Shown here piece after piece: positions 52,309-62,661 of a DNA stretch of 64,000 nt (its first letter is position 1; each line of letters starts with the position of its first letter). Origin of the DNA: Bacteroidales bacterium. Its GTDB lineage: Bacteria > Bacteroidota > Bacteroidia > Bacteroidales > WCHB1-69. Made by a program: the position numbers and the translations under genes. Under the pieces are notes generated by a model. The model was not told where the DNA came from and did not search any database. It was given only the letters and a program-made list of their open reading frames with translations. Location: assembly GCA_017544105.1 (NCBI GenBank), contig JAFYEU010000099.1, forward strand, positions 763 through 64,762, read 5' to 3'.

Positions 52309-53988
52309 ATGGCACTTGTTTTATCGGCGCTACTCACCTTGACAGCTGGCATCGGCATCTTCTTGGTCGCTTGCCAGATGATGAGCGCAAACCTTGAATC
52401 TGCGTCTTCCAACAAGCTGAAGACGCTTTTCTCCAAAGCTTCTAAAAACAACCTTATCGGGGTGGGTATCGGTACCGTCGGTACGGCTGCCATCCAGAGT
52501 TCCGGTGCTATCACGGTGATGACTATCGGTCTCGTGAATGCCGGCATCATCACCCTGACCCAGGCGGCGACCATCATCTACGGTGCCAATGTGGGTACCA
52601 CCGTCACGGCGCAGATCGTGGCCTTGGGTATGTTCGGTGGCACCAGCACCTTGACCATGGCCGTCATCTTCTCTTCTCTGGCTGGTGTCGGCGCCTTCAT
52701 CTCCCTCTTCGCCAAACGCGATATTTGGAAAAAGATGGGCGGCATCCTTACCGGCTTCGGCATGCTCTTTGTGGGCTTGGAGATGATGAGCGGCTCTATG
52801 GCTGACTTTGCTGCCATGGACTCCGTGAAACTCTTCCTGGCCAGCATCCAAAACCCCATCCTCGTGGTCCTCATCGGTGTCCTGCTGACTGCCATCATCC
52901 AGAGCTCTTCTGTCATGACCTCCATCGCCCTCGCCATGGTCGTCTCCGGGCTTATCTCCATTGACCAAGGTATCTTCCTGACCATGGGTTCCAACATCGG
53001 CTCCTGTGTGGTTGCCTTGGTGGCAGGCCTCACCAGTGGGCAGAATGCCAAACGGACTGCTTTGATCCACTTGATATTCAACGTCACAGGCGTGGTCGTC
53101 TTCCTATGCGTGGAGGGGATCATATGGGCTCTGACCGATGCTACCTACGGATCTATCATCACCTGGATGTTTCCCCGCGCTCCACAAACTCAGCTGGCTA
53201 TGTTCCACACCTTCTTTAACGTGCTGACCGTGGCCATGTTCCTGCCCCTGACCCCCTTGGTGGTGAAGATTGTTTGCAAGATCATCCCCGACAGCACCGA
53301 CCCCGTGGATCCCAACGCCCCTCATCTCTACTTTATCGACCCCAACATGCTCAAGACGCCGCCCGTGGCCTTGCAGCAGACGAAAGCCGAAATCGTCAAT
53401 ATGGCCGATATCGCCATGGAGAACTTTAACCGTTCCCTTCAGATTATCAGCACAATGGATTTCTCCGAAGAGGAGGAATTCCATCATCAGGAGGAGGAGC
53501 TTAACTATCTGAATGTGGAAATCGTCGATTTTGTGGTCCATCTCGATGAAACCCGACAGCTGAGCCGCAAGGACCATGTCTACCTCTCCACCACTTTCCG
53601 CTCAGTCCGCGACCTGGAACGTATCGGTGACTATGCCGAGAATATTGTGGAATATGCCGTCAGCCTCCGCGATACGAACCAGAACTTCTCCGCGGCTGCC
53701 CTGAGCGAGATCTCCAATCTCCGCGACTATATCAACAACCTCTATGTGAAAGTGAAAAAAGCGTACACAGAGGAGGATACCGAGGCGTTGGATCAAGCCA
53801 ATGCCATCGAGGAGGAGATTGACGACCTCACCAAACAGATGGAGGACAACCATATAGAACGACTGGCTCAAGGCATCTGCACGCCCGATGTGGGAGCCCA
53901 ATATCTCTCCCTTACCTCCAATGCGGAACGTGTGGCCGACCACCTGATCAATGTGGCCAAGACTATCCGGACCTATAAAGAGTTGTAA
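52309..53988 (+). CDS. Na/Pi cotransporter family protein with C-terminal PhoU-like domains
   Basis: The Na_Pi_cotrans repeats are GTAAIQSSGAITVMTIGLVNAG and TAIIQSSSVMTSIALAMV. PhoU-like helices occupy the last ~200 aa. Confidence 0.85.
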   Translation: MALVLSALLTLTAGIGIFLVACQMMSANLESASSNKLKTLFSKASKNNLIGVGIGTVGTAAIQSSGAITVMTIGLVNAGIITLTQAATIIYGANVGTTVTAQIVALGMFGGTSTLTMAVIFSSLAGVGAFISLFAKRDIWKKMGGILTGFGMLFVGLEMMSGSMADFAAMDSVKLFLASIQNPILVVLIGVLLTAIIQSSSVMTSIALAMVVSGLISIDQGIFLTMGSNIGSCVVALVAGLTSGQNAKRTALIHLIFNVTGVVVFLCVEGIIWALTDATYGSIITWMFPRAPQTQLAMFHTFFNVLTVAMFLPLTPLVVKIVCKIIPDSTDPVDPNAPHLYFIDPNMLKTPPVALQQTKAEIVNMADIAMENFNRSLQIISTMDFSEEEEFHHQEEELNYLNVEIVDFVVHLDETRQLSRKDHVYLSTTFRSVRDLERIGDYAENIVEYAVSLRDTNQNFSAAALSEISNLRDYINNLYVKVKKAYTEEDTEALDQANAIEEEIDDLTKQMEDNHIERLAQGICTPDVGAQYLSLTSNAERVADHLINVAKTIRTYKEL

Positions 53989-54007
53989 TGACATCCTGCT
54001 TTTTTAT

Positions 54008-54015
54008 TATCTTTG
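54008..54015 (+). promoter_or_regulatory. Bacteroidota -7 box (tatctttg) for S41 peptidase gene
   Basis: TAnnTTTG match 22 nt upstream of ATG 54037. This supports the internal start. Confidence 0.55.
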
Positions 54016-54036
54016 CCGCCCTTAAATGATTGCTAT

Positions 54037-55677
54037 ATGATAAAGCGTAAACTGCTTGTTTTCACCATTGTGGCATTCTTCGCCATGCCAGCGTTCGCGC
54101 AGAATGACTTTGACATAGCCAAGAATGTCGATATTTTTGTCTCCATCCTCAAGGAGTTGAATGACAAATATGCCGATGAGATCTCTCCGGGCAAGCTGAC
54201 CGAGACGGCGATCGACGCCATGTTGGCCAGCCTGGACCCGTACACGGTCTACTTCAAAGAGTCGGAGATTGAGGATGTCCGGATGATGACGACCGGCCAA
54301 TATGGCGGGGTGGGCGCGCTCATCCAGCAGAAAGGCGATGACGTGGTCATCTCCGAGCCATACGAGAATACCCCCTCCCAGAAGGCTGGTCTCCGGGCAG
54401 GCGACATCGTCAAGAAGGTGAACGGACAATCCCTCGTCGGGAAGAACTCCGAGGACGTGAGCGCCGCCATGAAAGGCCAGCCCGGCTCCACCATGACCAT
54501 CGAGGTGTTCCGCCCTACGGAGAACAAAACCTTGACATTCAGTATCGTCCGTGAAGAGATCAAGATGCCCAACATCCCCTATTCCGGCATGGTCGGCGAT
54601 GGGGTCGGCTATATCAAGCTGGACCAGTTTACCGACAAGGCCGGTGAGGAGGTGCGTAACGCTTTCCTCCAGCTGAAGAAAGAAGGGATGCGCTATCTCA
54701 TCCTGGACCTGCGCAATAATGGCGGCGGCCTGCTCCACGAAGCCGTCAACATCATGAACATCTTCGTGGACCCGGGCGTGCAGATCGTGGAGACCAAGGG
54801 CAAAATACCTGAGATGCAACGGGTGCACAAGACCTCCATGCCTGCCACCGACCGCGACATCCCCGTGGTGGTGCTCGTCAATGAGCACAGCGCTTCCGCC
54901 TCCGAGATTGTGGCCGGCGCCTTCCAAGACCTCGACCGAGGCGTCATCGTCGGCAAGAAGTCCTTTGGCAAAGGCCTGGTGCAGAATGTGCTCCCCCTCG
55001 ACTTCAACACCTCGATGAAGATCACCGTGGCCAAGTATTACATCCCCTCCGGACGCTGTGTCCAGAATATCGAATACTTTGAGAAGGATACCACCAAAGG
55101 CGCTTACAAGATCCCCGACTCCCTGGCTGTGGCCTTCAAGACCAAGCACGGGCGTACCGTTTATGACAAGGGAGGTGTGGAGCCCGACGTGATCACGCCC
55201 GACACCGTGGCCAGCGACGTGCTCTATGCCCTGGTGCTCCATAATCTGATCTTCGACTACGCTAACCAATATCACGCGACGCATGCCTCCATCCCGCCCG
55301 CCGACCAGTTCAAGGTGGATGATGCTATCTATGCCGACTTCCTGAATTTTCTGAAAGGCAAGGACTTCTCCTATGATACCGAAATGGAAAAAGCCTTGGA
55401 GCAGTTCAAAAAAGATGCGGAAGAGCTGAAGGGCTTCTCCCGCATTGAGAAGGAATATGACCTCCTGAAGAAAAAACTGGAGGAGGATAAGTCCAAAGAC
55501 TTGGAGACCTACAAAGAGGAAATCAAGGAGTATCTGAGCACAGAGATCGTGGTCCGCTATTACTATCAGCGGGGCCGCTATATGAACATGTTGGGCTTCG
55601 ATCCTGACGTGAAGATCGCCAAAGAACTGCTGCTCGACACAGAGCGTTATCATAAAATACTCTCCCCCAAAAACTGA
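54037..55677 (+). CDS. S41 family C-terminal processing peptidase
   Basis: I placed the start at MIKRKLLVFTIVAFFAMPAFAQ. PDZ region (GLRAGDIVKKVNG), S41 core (LILDLRNNGGGLLHEAV, NEHSASASEIVAGA, GKKSFGKGLVQ). Confidence 0.85.
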   Translation: MIKRKLLVFTIVAFFAMPAFAQNDFDIAKNVDIFVSILKELNDKYADEISPGKLTETAIDAMLASLDPYTVYFKESEIEDVRMMTTGQYGGVGALIQQKGDDVVISEPYENTPSQKAGLRAGDIVKKVNGQSLVGKNSEDVSAAMKGQPGSTMTIEVFRPTENKTLTFSIVREEIKMPNIPYSGMVGDGVGYIKLDQFTDKAGEEVRNAFLQLKKEGMRYLILDLRNNGGGLLHEAVNIMNIFVDPGVQIVETKGKIPEMQRVHKTSMPATDRDIPVVVLVNEHSASASEIVAGAFQDLDRGVIVGKKSFGKGLVQNVLPLDFNTSMKITVAKYYIPSGRCVQNIEYFEKDTTKGAYKIPDSLAVAFKTKHGRTVYDKGGVEPDVITPDTVASDVLYALVLHNLIFDYANQYHATHASIPPADQFKVDDAIYADFLNFLKGKDFSYDTEMEKALEQFKKDAEELKGFSRIEKEYDLLKKKLEEDKSKDLETYKEEIKEYLSTEIVVRYYYQRGRYMNMLGFDPDVKIAKELLLDTERYHKILSPKN

Positions 55678-55681
55678 TACC

Positions 55682-57214
55682 TTGAAACGCAGCGACATAC
55701 ATTATAGTATATACTTACTGGGCTTGCTGGTGCTGGTGATTTCACTGCCCTTGTCGCATTTCGTGATGGGCCTGGCCACCTTTGTGCTCTTCCTGAACTG
55801 GGTTGCCGAGTGGAACTGGAAGGAGAAATGGCAACGTATCAAGAACCAAAAGGTGGGCCTCGTCTTCGCTGCGCTCTATCTCTTCCTATTCATCGGCCTG
55901 ATCCATACCGACAACTGGGCCGCGGCTCGACATGAACTGCTCGCCCAGCTGCCACTCGTCTTCATGCCCGTGCTGCTGACCACCTCCCGCCCGGTCACAC
56001 CCAAAGCCATGAAAATCATCACCCATGGCTTTGTCCTGAGCACACTCTTCTGCTGCCTCTGCTCTTGGATTTACTGGATTAGCCGGAGTGTCACCGAGAT
56101 GCGCGACATTTCCCTGTTTGTTGACCATATCCGCTTCAGCTTGTGCGTCGTCCTCTCCTTCATCTTCACGGTCTCCTTGATGGTGCACTGCGAGGTGACC
56201 AGCATGTCGAGGATGCTCTATGGGCTGATGGCGGTGATGCTCTTTGCGTATGCAATCTTTTCCCATACCCTGACGGGCATTGTCTGCCTTTTTGTCATCA
56301 TCACGATCTATGCCCTTTGGCAACTGGTCACCGCTCCTAAGAACCAAAAGAAGCAGAGCGTGGCTATCCTGCTCTTGCTGTTGCTCTTTAGTACCTATCT
56401 CGTGTGGATCTCCGTCCAGTTTTTCACCAACAAGGATCGTTATATCACCCAGATGGAGACGAGCGCTGGCAACCCATACACCTTTGATGCCAATACCCCG
56501 ATAGAAAACGGTCATCGCGTGGGCTACTATATCTGTCACGAGGAGCTCCAAAAGGCTTGGGCCCTTCGCTCTGACTCTGCCATGACGGAGGGGAGAGAGA
56601 ATGTGATCATCCGTTATCTGAACTCCAAGGGCCTGCATAAAGACTACGATGCGCTGATGTCCCTCGATCATAAAGATATCCGGAATATCGAGAAAGGGAT
56701 TCCCAACTATCTGTATCCCAGGAATATTGATTTCCGGAGTCTCCTGTATCCCACGTATTTCTCCATCTCGCTATATCAATGTTGCAACTATATTGAGAAC
56801 TCCTCCCTGCTGGAGCGTTTGGAACTCTGGAAGGCTTCGTGGGCCCAGTTCAAACAACACCCACTGCTGGGTGTTGGACTGGGTGACCATAAAGATATGG
56901 TGGATGCGCAGTTGGAAGCCCAGCATTCATCCATCGCGCACAAGAAACAACGTGGCAGCCATAACCAGTTGCTTACTTTTGGTCTGATGAGTGGTGTGCT
57001 GATGGTGCTTTACTTCCTCTTCATGATTTTGTATCCCTTTGTCAGGATGCGCCAGCAGATCAGCTTCGTGTATTTCGCTTTTGTCCTGTTGATGCTGATG
57101 TCAATGGTGATCGAGGATACGTTGGAGAGCCAGACGGGTCGTTTGCTGTTTTCCGTCATGATGCCCCTGCTGTTGCTCTATTGGCCTTCGATGACCAAGC
57201 CTACAGAAGGCTGA
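55682..57214 (+). CDS. O-antigen ligase/Wzy_C domain membrane protein
   Basis: Polytopic, with a large loop and the Wzy_C region (WKASWAQFKQHPLLGVGLGD...SHNQLLTFGLMSG). The start is TTG and uncertain. Confidence 0.65.
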   Translation: MKRSDIHYSIYLLGLLVLVISLPLSHFVMGLATFVLFLNWVAEWNWKEKWQRIKNQKVGLVFAALYLFLFIGLIHTDNWAAARHELLAQLPLVFMPVLLTTSRPVTPKAMKIITHGFVLSTLFCCLCSWIYWISRSVTEMRDISLFVDHIRFSLCVVLSFIFTVSLMVHCEVTSMSRMLYGLMAVMLFAYAIFSHTLTGIVCLFVIITIYALWQLVTAPKNQKKQSVAILLLLLLFSTYLVWISVQFFTNKDRYITQMETSAGNPYTFDANTPIENGHRVGYYICHEELQKAWALRSDSAMTEGRENVIIRYLNSKGLHKDYDALMSLDHKDIRNIEKGIPNYLYPRNIDFRSLLYPTYFSISLYQCCNYIENSSLLERLELWKASWAQFKQHPLLGVGLGDHKDMVDAQLEAQHSSIAHKKQRGSHNQLLTFGLMSGVLMVLYFLFMILYPFVRMRQQISFVYFAFVLLMLMSMVIEDTLESQTGRLLFSVMMPLLLLYWPSMTKPTEG

Positions 57215-57818
57215 TGTCCCCTTTTCCTTCACGAATCACTTCGATGTCCCCGCTGGTGCAGTCCAGCACGGTGGAGGGCGTGTTGTCCCCATAGCCGCCG
57301 TCAATCACGATGTCTACCATGTCTTCAAAGCGTTCATAGATGAGCTCTGGGTCAGTGGTGTATTCGATGATTTCGTCTTCATCCTTGACGGAGGTGGAGA
57401 GGATGGGGTGGCCGAGCTGCCGCACAATCTCCAGGATGATGGGGTTGTCGGGGATGCGGATGCCGATGGTCTTCTTTTTACTCTGTAACAACTTGGGAAC
57501 GTTGTTGTTTGCCTCCAAGATGAAGGTGAAAGGGCCAGGCAGTACCTTCTTCATGGTCTTGAAGATATGGTTGGGGATGGGCTTGGTGTAGTTGGAGATG
57601 TCGCCGAGGTCGGCGCAGATGAAGGTCATGGAGTCTTTCTTCTTGCGATCGCCCAGAATCTCCGTGATACGCTCAATGCTCTTCTGCTTGAAAATGTCAC
57701 ACCCCATCCCGTAGATGGTGTCGGTAGGGTAGATGACGATGCCGCCGTCCTGAAGACAGTTGATGACCTTGTCAAGGTGGCGCTGGTTGGGATTTTCAGG
57801 GTATATCTTTAAGATCAT
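57201..57818 (-). CDS. tsaC: L-threonylcarbamoyladenylate synthase (TsaC/YrdC family)
   Basis: YrdC domain: GGIVIYPTDTIYGMGCD, RKKKDSMTFIC, PGPFTFIL, IGIRIPDNP. Length is 205 aa. Confidence 0.85.
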   Translation of the reverse strand: MILKIYPENPNQRHLDKVINCLQDGGIVIYPTDTIYGMGCDIFKQKSIERITEILGDRKKKDSMTFICADLGDISNYTKPIPNHIFKTMKKVLPGPFTFILEANNNVPKLLQSKKKTIGIRIPDNPIILEIVRQLGHPILSTSVKDEDEIIEYTTDPELIYERFEDMVDIVIDGGYGDNTPSTVLDCTSGDIEVIREGKGDISLL

Positions 57819-57967
57819 AAGGCTACATAAAAAAAGGGCAAGCTACTTATATCGCATCGCTACAACCAATGTACCCTTGCTACATTCCTGTCCTGGGGGA
57901 GTTAAAAGGGAGCAGATCGTACAAGACTTACCCGACCGCAAAAATATAAAAAATATCGAATGGTTGA

Positions 57968-59383
57968 CTAGTATCCTAAAATTTTAAGCATCGACTTGTA
58001 ACTCTGCTCTTTAGCGAAGAGTTTGGTGGTTACTTCCCCCTCTTCGTTGACGTCGATGATGATGTGTTTCGGCGCGGGAGTGAGACAATGCTGTATGCCG
58101 CCGTAGCCACCGAGGGCCTCTTGGTAGGCTCCCGTGTTGAAGAGGCCGATGTACTGGATGTCGTCGCTGTCCTCTCCCCGATAGTTGCAGGAGTCAATCT
58201 GGGGCAGGAAGACGGCGTTGAGGTTGGCCTCGGCATTGTAGTAATCCATGCTGTCGCAGGTGAGCCCGCCCAGGAAGACCCGCTCATATTCGCGGTCCCA
58301 ATGGTTGATGGCCAAAATGATAAACTGCTGGTTCAAAGCCCAAGAGTCGGGGAGGGTGGTCATGAAGGAACTGTCAATCATATTCCATAACTCCCGGTCA
58401 TTCTGCCGTTTCTGTTGCAGGATGGAGTATAGCACAGCACTGGACTCTCCCACCGTGTAGGATCCGAATTCGGTGAAGATCTCCGGCTCCATCACACCCT
58501 CGCGCGTGCATATCTGCTTGATTTGCGACACGATCTCTTCCGCCATATATTCATAGTCATACTCAAAGGAGAGGGAGGTCTTGATGGGGAACCCACCTCC
58601 GATGTTCAGAGAATCCAACTCCGGAGCTATCTTCTTGAGATCACAATACAGGTTGACACACTTCGTCAACTCATTCCAATAGTAGGCAGTGTCGTGAATG
58701 CCTGTGTTGATGAAGAAGTGCAACATCTTCAACTTGAAATTCGGGTTTTTCTTGATCCGCTCCTGATAGAAGGGGATGATGTCATTGTATCGGATCCCTA
58801 AACGGGAGGTGTAAAATTCAAAACGAGGCTCCTCCTCAGAGGCGATGCGGATGCCAACTTTGCACGGTGTCTTCACATACTTCTCTATTAAGTCGAATTC
58901 ACGCTTGCTGTCCAGGACAGGGATGGTGTTTTCATAACCTTTTTCCAACATCATGGCAATATTGTCAATATAAGCCTGTTTTTTACATCCATTGCAGATG
59001 ATATAGTTGGATTTTTCGAACTGCCCCAATTCATTTAAAGTCTCAATCAAATTCAAATCGAAGGCGGATGAAGTCTCCAGATGCACGTCGTTCTTCAAAA
59101 CCTCGGATAGAACGAATTCGAAATGAGAACTTTTGGTACAATAGCAATAATGATACGAACTCTGGTAATCCGCTTTGGCAATTGCAACGTTGAAGTATCT
59201 TTTCGCCTTGTGGATGTTTTCGGAGATCTTGGGCAGGTAGGTTATCTTGAGCGGAGTGCCATACTGCTTGATGATGTCCATTAAGTGTACATTGTTGAAT
59301 AGCAATTCGTTATCTTCTACGCTAAAGCCTTCTTGAGGGAATTCGTAGGTCTGTTGGATGAGGTCGATGTACTTGGTCTTCAT
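57968..59383 (-). CDS. Type III PLP-dependent (Orn/DAP/Arg) decarboxylase, arginine-decarboxylase-like
   Basis: TIM-barrel N-terminus with the Lys context YCYCTKSSHF. GGGFPI motif (LNIGGGFPIK). 471 aa. Substrate is not determinable from the sequence alone. Confidence 0.6.
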   Translation of the reverse strand: MKTKYIDLIQQTYEFPQEGFSVEDNELLFNNVHLMDIIKQYGTPLKITYLPKISENIHKAKRYFNVAIAKADYQSSYHYCYCTKSSHFEFVLSEVLKNDVHLETSSAFDLNLIETLNELGQFEKSNYIICNGCKKQAYIDNIAMMLEKGYENTIPVLDSKREFDLIEKYVKTPCKVGIRIASEEEPRFEFYTSRLGIRYNDIIPFYQERIKKNPNFKLKMLHFFINTGIHDTAYYWNELTKCVNLYCDLKKIAPELDSLNIGGGFPIKTSLSFEYDYEYMAEEIVSQIKQICTREGVMEPEIFTEFGSYTVGESSAVLYSILQQKRQNDRELWNMIDSSFMTTLPDSWALNQQFIILAINHWDREYERVFLGGLTCDSMDYYNAEANLNAVFLPQIDSCNYRGEDSDDIQYIGLFNTGAYQEALGGYGGIQHCLTPAPKHIIIDVNEEGEVTTKLFAKEQSYKSMLKILGY

Positions 59384-59409
59384 CTTTTTGCCGTTTTAAT
59401 ATGAGGCCG

Positions 59410-59417
59410 CAAAGATA
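59410..59417 (-). promoter_or_regulatory. Bacteroidota -7 box (tatctttg) for the decarboxylase gene
   Basis: The reverse complement of caaagata is tatctttg, 27 nt upstream of the ATG at 59383. Confidence 0.55.
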
Positions 59418-59492
59418 AATAATTATTGATACGGATGAATAAAAAAATGATCATCCGATTCATTTGGATTGATTTTTTTTGCTCAATCCGCA

Positions 59493-60116
59493 TTAGTTAT
59501 GTTCTCTCCGATTTTCGCATTCGCAGATATTGGTGAAGAGAATCTCGGTGTTCGGAAGAAGTTTTTCCATCTCTTCATATTCCGATTTTGTGAGCGGAAT
59601 TTGTCGCAAATCAATAGTTTTCAGGGTGTTTTGTATTTTGACGATGCTTTCGGGCAGAACGTACATCGGGTTGTCCCAAGCATCAATGGTGTGCAGATTT
59701 CTTAGTTTTGCAATCGAATCCGGAAGGATTTCGATGATGTTGCGACTGATGATGAGCATTTCCAACTCTTGTAATTCTCCGATGCTGTTGGGCAGGCGCA
59801 GCAGTTTGTTGTGGTCGAGATTCAAGACACGCAGATGTGTCAGCTTGGCAATGTCTTGATTGACGATGTTGAGGCGACAACCTTTCACCGTCAACTCCCG
59901 CAATTCGGTCAGGGTGAAGAGTTCTGCGGGCAAGGAGTCACGCTGCGGCAGTTTTGTCAGCTTGAGGCGATAAACCGGTCCCGCTGCATGTAAGGCTTCT
60001 TCCAGACTTGTATAGGTGATTCCTGTGTCGTCGGTTCCATATAAAATACGAGGCTGCTTCTGTGCTTGAGCGGCATATCCTACTATGATAAGAATCAGCA
60101 GTACTATTTTTCTCAT
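59493..60116 (-). CDS. Secreted leucine-rich repeat protein
   Basis: I placed the start at MRKIVLLILIIVGYAAQAQ (ATG 60116). There are about six LRRs (L..L..L.L..N.L..LP.SI..L). Confidence 0.75.
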   Translation of the reverse strand: MRKIVLLILIIVGYAAQAQKQPRILYGTDDTGITYTSLEEALHAAGPVYRLKLTKLPQRDSLPAELFTLTELRELTVKGCRLNIVNQDIAKLTHLRVLNLDHNKLLRLPNSIGELQELEMLIISRNIIEILPDSIAKLRNLHTIDAWDNPMYVLPESIVKIQNTLKTIDLRQIPLTKSEYEEMEKLLPNTEILFTNICECENRREHN

Positions 60117-60148
60117 CTTCTTTTGAGTTGTCTTTATTGGTTTGTCTT

Positions 60149-61090
60149 TTATCGGGGAATCCATTGTAGAGAATCTAGGTCGTGGGCCAGTTGTCGGGTG
60201 AAGAGCGTGGCCCCGGTACGGTTGAGGTGTGATGCATTGTAAAAGTAGGCCGTGTCGTAGGAGAGGGGATGATAGGTGTAGTCGAGGATGGGCACTCCAT
60301 AAGGATCGGCGATCTCGTGGAAGAGTCTGTACATGCCAGGCAGGTCGTCAATTTTTTGCGTGGCCCCGATGTAGAATGGGGCGATGACGAATACTACCGG
60401 GATGCCTTCCTCGCGACATTCCTCGAGAAACTGCTTCATTTCGGCGATGGCTAGCGGATGATGGGCGTGATGGATGGTGTCCAAGCTTGCGAATTTTTGC
60501 CCGTCCCACGGTTTGTCATAATCCACAAAGCCCTTATACACTTTTTGGTCGGCCCGTTCATAAAAAGAGGTACCTCTGAGGATTTCTCCTATGTCGCGTT
60601 TGTATTTCCGGTATCGCCAGCAGGGCAGGAAGGCATCGGCCCACGTGAAATGGTCCACCTTGCGAATCTGCTTCCAGAGGAAGGGATCGTGCAGGTAGGG
60701 TGCAAACTGTATGCGGTCATAGCCGTTGCTGGTGTCCAGGGAGCTTTGGTAGAGTTCGTATAGGATGAGTTTGGGCTTGGCGTTGCCCTCATGGCGATAG
60801 ACGTGATACTTGGCAATCTGGGACTCCACAGCCCGTCCGTTCATCCCCAGATTATAGCTGTCGATATGCAGCATGCTGTCCAGGATGCGTGGGTTGAACT
60901 GCACGTATGCGCGAGAACTGCCCATGATGAGCACGTCGCTTTGGATGTCGCCTCGGTAGATGTCGTTCCAGTTGGCGAAGGGCGACGATTCCAGCTTCTT
61001 GAACTGCCGCGTGATCAGCAGGTCGGCAGCCATCGCCAGCGCCCAGAGGATGAGCAGGAATATCGATAGTCGGAGGAGGAACTTTTTCAT
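60149..61090 (-). CDS. Membrane-anchored accessory protein of the MBOAT acyltransferase (DltD/DUF1574-like, SGNH-fold candidate)
   Basis: N-terminal TM, VLIMGSSRAY early in the sequence, and ...ASHLNRTGATLFT near the C-terminus. It starts 2 nt after the MBOAT gene. The family assignment is tentative. Confidence 0.4.
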   Translation of the reverse strand: MKKFLLRLSIFLLILWALAMAADLLITRQFKKLESSPFANWNDIYRGDIQSDVLIMGSSRAYVQFNPRILDSMLHIDSYNLGMNGRAVESQIAKYHVYRHEGNAKPKLILYELYQSSLDTSNGYDRIQFAPYLHDPFLWKQIRKVDHFTWADAFLPCWRYRKYKRDIGEILRGTSFYERADQKVYKGFVDYDKPWDGQKFASLDTIHHAHHPLAIAEMKQFLEECREEGIPVVFVIAPFYIGATQKIDDLPGMYRLFHEIADPYGVPILDYTYHPLSYDTAYFYNASHLNRTGATLFTRQLAHDLDSLQWIPR

Positions 61091-61092
61091 GA

Positions 61093-62514
61093 TCAGAACT
61101 GGAAATAGATGAAGGATTCGGTGCCGTTATAGGAGAGGAAAAGCAGGAGGATGAGGCCATAATAGATGGTGAACTTCAGGGCATGGGAGCGTATGGCCTG
61201 CAGGTCGAGGCCATGTTCGCGGGAGCGGTTGGCCCATTCCACCGTCAGCATGATGAGGATGAATAGGCAGATAGGCAGAAGCCCTGTGGTGTCGGCAGTC
61301 CCCAGGTGAGGGATTCGGGCTAGATAGTGCCAGGCGTCAGAGATCGTGTCAGCGCGGAAGATGACCCATCCGATGACCGCCAGGACGAAGGTCAGCAGCA
61401 TCTGCCCAGCCTCTTTCCAGGAGGGCAGAAGTCGGTTCTCGGCCACCTCGTCGGTGTGTTTGCGGTTGCGACCGAGCAGGATGAGGGGCAGGAAGAGCAG
61501 CGCATGATAGGCTCCCCAAGCGAGGAAGGTCCAGTTGGCCCCATGCCAGAAGCCGCTGAGGAGAAAGATGACGAAGGTGTTGCGCACGATCTTGCCCTTG
61601 GAGACACGACTGCCTCCGAGGGGGATATAGACATAGTCGCGAAACCAGGTGGTGAGGGAGATATGCCAGCGCCGCCAGAACTCGGCGATGTCGCGACTGA
61701 AGTAAGGGTTGCGGAAGTTGCGCATCAGACGGATGCCGAACAGTTTGGCGGTGCCGATGGCGATGTCGGAGTAGCCGGAGAAGTCGCCATAGATCTGGAA
61801 GGCGAACAGGACGGCTGCGATGGCCAGGGTGGTGCCGCTTTGCTCCTGGTAGCTTCCGAAGATGCGGTCCACGAAGAGTCCGCAGCTGTCTGCCACTGCG
61901 ATTTTCTTGAAGAGTCCCCAGAGGATCTGCCGCAGTCCGTCCACCGCCGTGTCGTAGTCGAAGTGGCGCGCCCTGCCGAACTGGGGTAGCAGGTTGGTGG
62001 CCCGCTCAATGGGGCCTGCCACCAGCTGGGGAAAGAAGCTTACGAAGGCGAAGAACTGGATGATGTCGGTGGTGGGCTCCAGCTTGCCGCGATAGACGTC
62101 GATACTGTAGCTCAGCGCCTGGAACGTGTAGAAGCTGATGCCTACGGGCAGGACGAGATGCAAGAGCAGGCCATCGCTGTTCCCATGGAGAAAGGCTTTG
62201 GCAAACGAGGCGGCAAAGAAGTCGTAGTACTTGAAGAGGGCGAGGATGCCGAGGTTCAGCACGATATTGCCGATGTGGACGAGCCGTGCCCAGGGGGTGG
62301 CCCGGTGCCGCCGGATGAGCAAGCCACTGCCCCAACTGCAGAAGGAGGTTAGGGCGATGAGCAGTAGGAAATGCCAGTCCCAGCAGCCATAGAAGAAGTA
62401 GGAGGCGGCCACGATGAAGAGGTTCTGCGCTTTCAGGTTGCGATGGAAGACGAACCAGTAGAGCAGGAACACGATGGGGAGAAATATGGCGAATTCCAGT
62501 GAGTTGAAGAGCAT
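61093..62514 (-). CDS. MBOAT family O-acyltransferase (AlgI/DltB-like)
   Basis: I placed the start at MLFNSLEFAIFLPIVFLLYWF (ATG 62514), since the -7 box overlaps the longer ORF start. The MBOAT His motif region is RRWHISLTTWFRDYVYIPLGG...SGFWHGA. Confidence 0.85.
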   Translation of the reverse strand: MLFNSLEFAIFLPIVFLLYWFVFHRNLKAQNLFIVAASYFFYGCWDWHFLLLIALTSFCSWGSGLLIRRHRATPWARLVHIGNIVLNLGILALFKYYDFFAASFAKAFLHGNSDGLLLHLVLPVGISFYTFQALSYSIDVYRGKLEPTTDIIQFFAFVSFFPQLVAGPIERATNLLPQFGRARHFDYDTAVDGLRQILWGLFKKIAVADSCGLFVDRIFGSYQEQSGTTLAIAAVLFAFQIYGDFSGYSDIAIGTAKLFGIRLMRNFRNPYFSRDIAEFWRRWHISLTTWFRDYVYIPLGGSRVSKGKIVRNTFVIFLLSGFWHGANWTFLAWGAYHALLFLPLILLGRNRKHTDEVAENRLLPSWKEAGQMLLTFVLAVIGWVIFRADTISDAWHYLARIPHLGTADTTGLLPICLFILIMLTVEWANRSREHGLDLQAIRSHALKFTIYYGLILLLFLSYNGTESFIYFQF

Positions 62515-62538
62515 CTGCCTCTGTTTTTTGACGGGCAG

Positions 62539-62546
62539 CAAAGATA
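62539..62546 (-). promoter_or_regulatory. Bacteroidota -7 box (tatctttg) for the MBOAT operon
   Basis: The reverse complement of caaagata is tatctttg, 25 nt upstream of the ATG at 62514. Confidence 0.6.
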
Positions 62547-62571
62547 GAAAATATCTGCTAAGTGATGGTGT

Positions 62572-62601
62572 AAAAAAAATCCCTTCCGAGGAGGAAGGGA
62601 T
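62572..62601 (-). terminator. Rho-independent terminator immediately after rpsS
   Basis: The minus-strand transcript has stem tcccttcc/ggaaggga with loop tcctc, followed by a U8 run (+ strand a8 at 62572-62579). Confidence 0.8.
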
Positions 62602-62661
62602 TTTGATATGTAGTGTAATAGTGTATTTCTGAGGAAGAAAGCGATGAAAAGGTTGCCTTGA

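Noticed and set aside
57819-57967. A possible regulatory leader or ncRNA upstream of tsaC, with a tatttttg box at 57939-57946 and a T-run before the ATG.
   Set aside because: I could not find a convincing stem preceding the T-run or any known riboswitch or leader signature.
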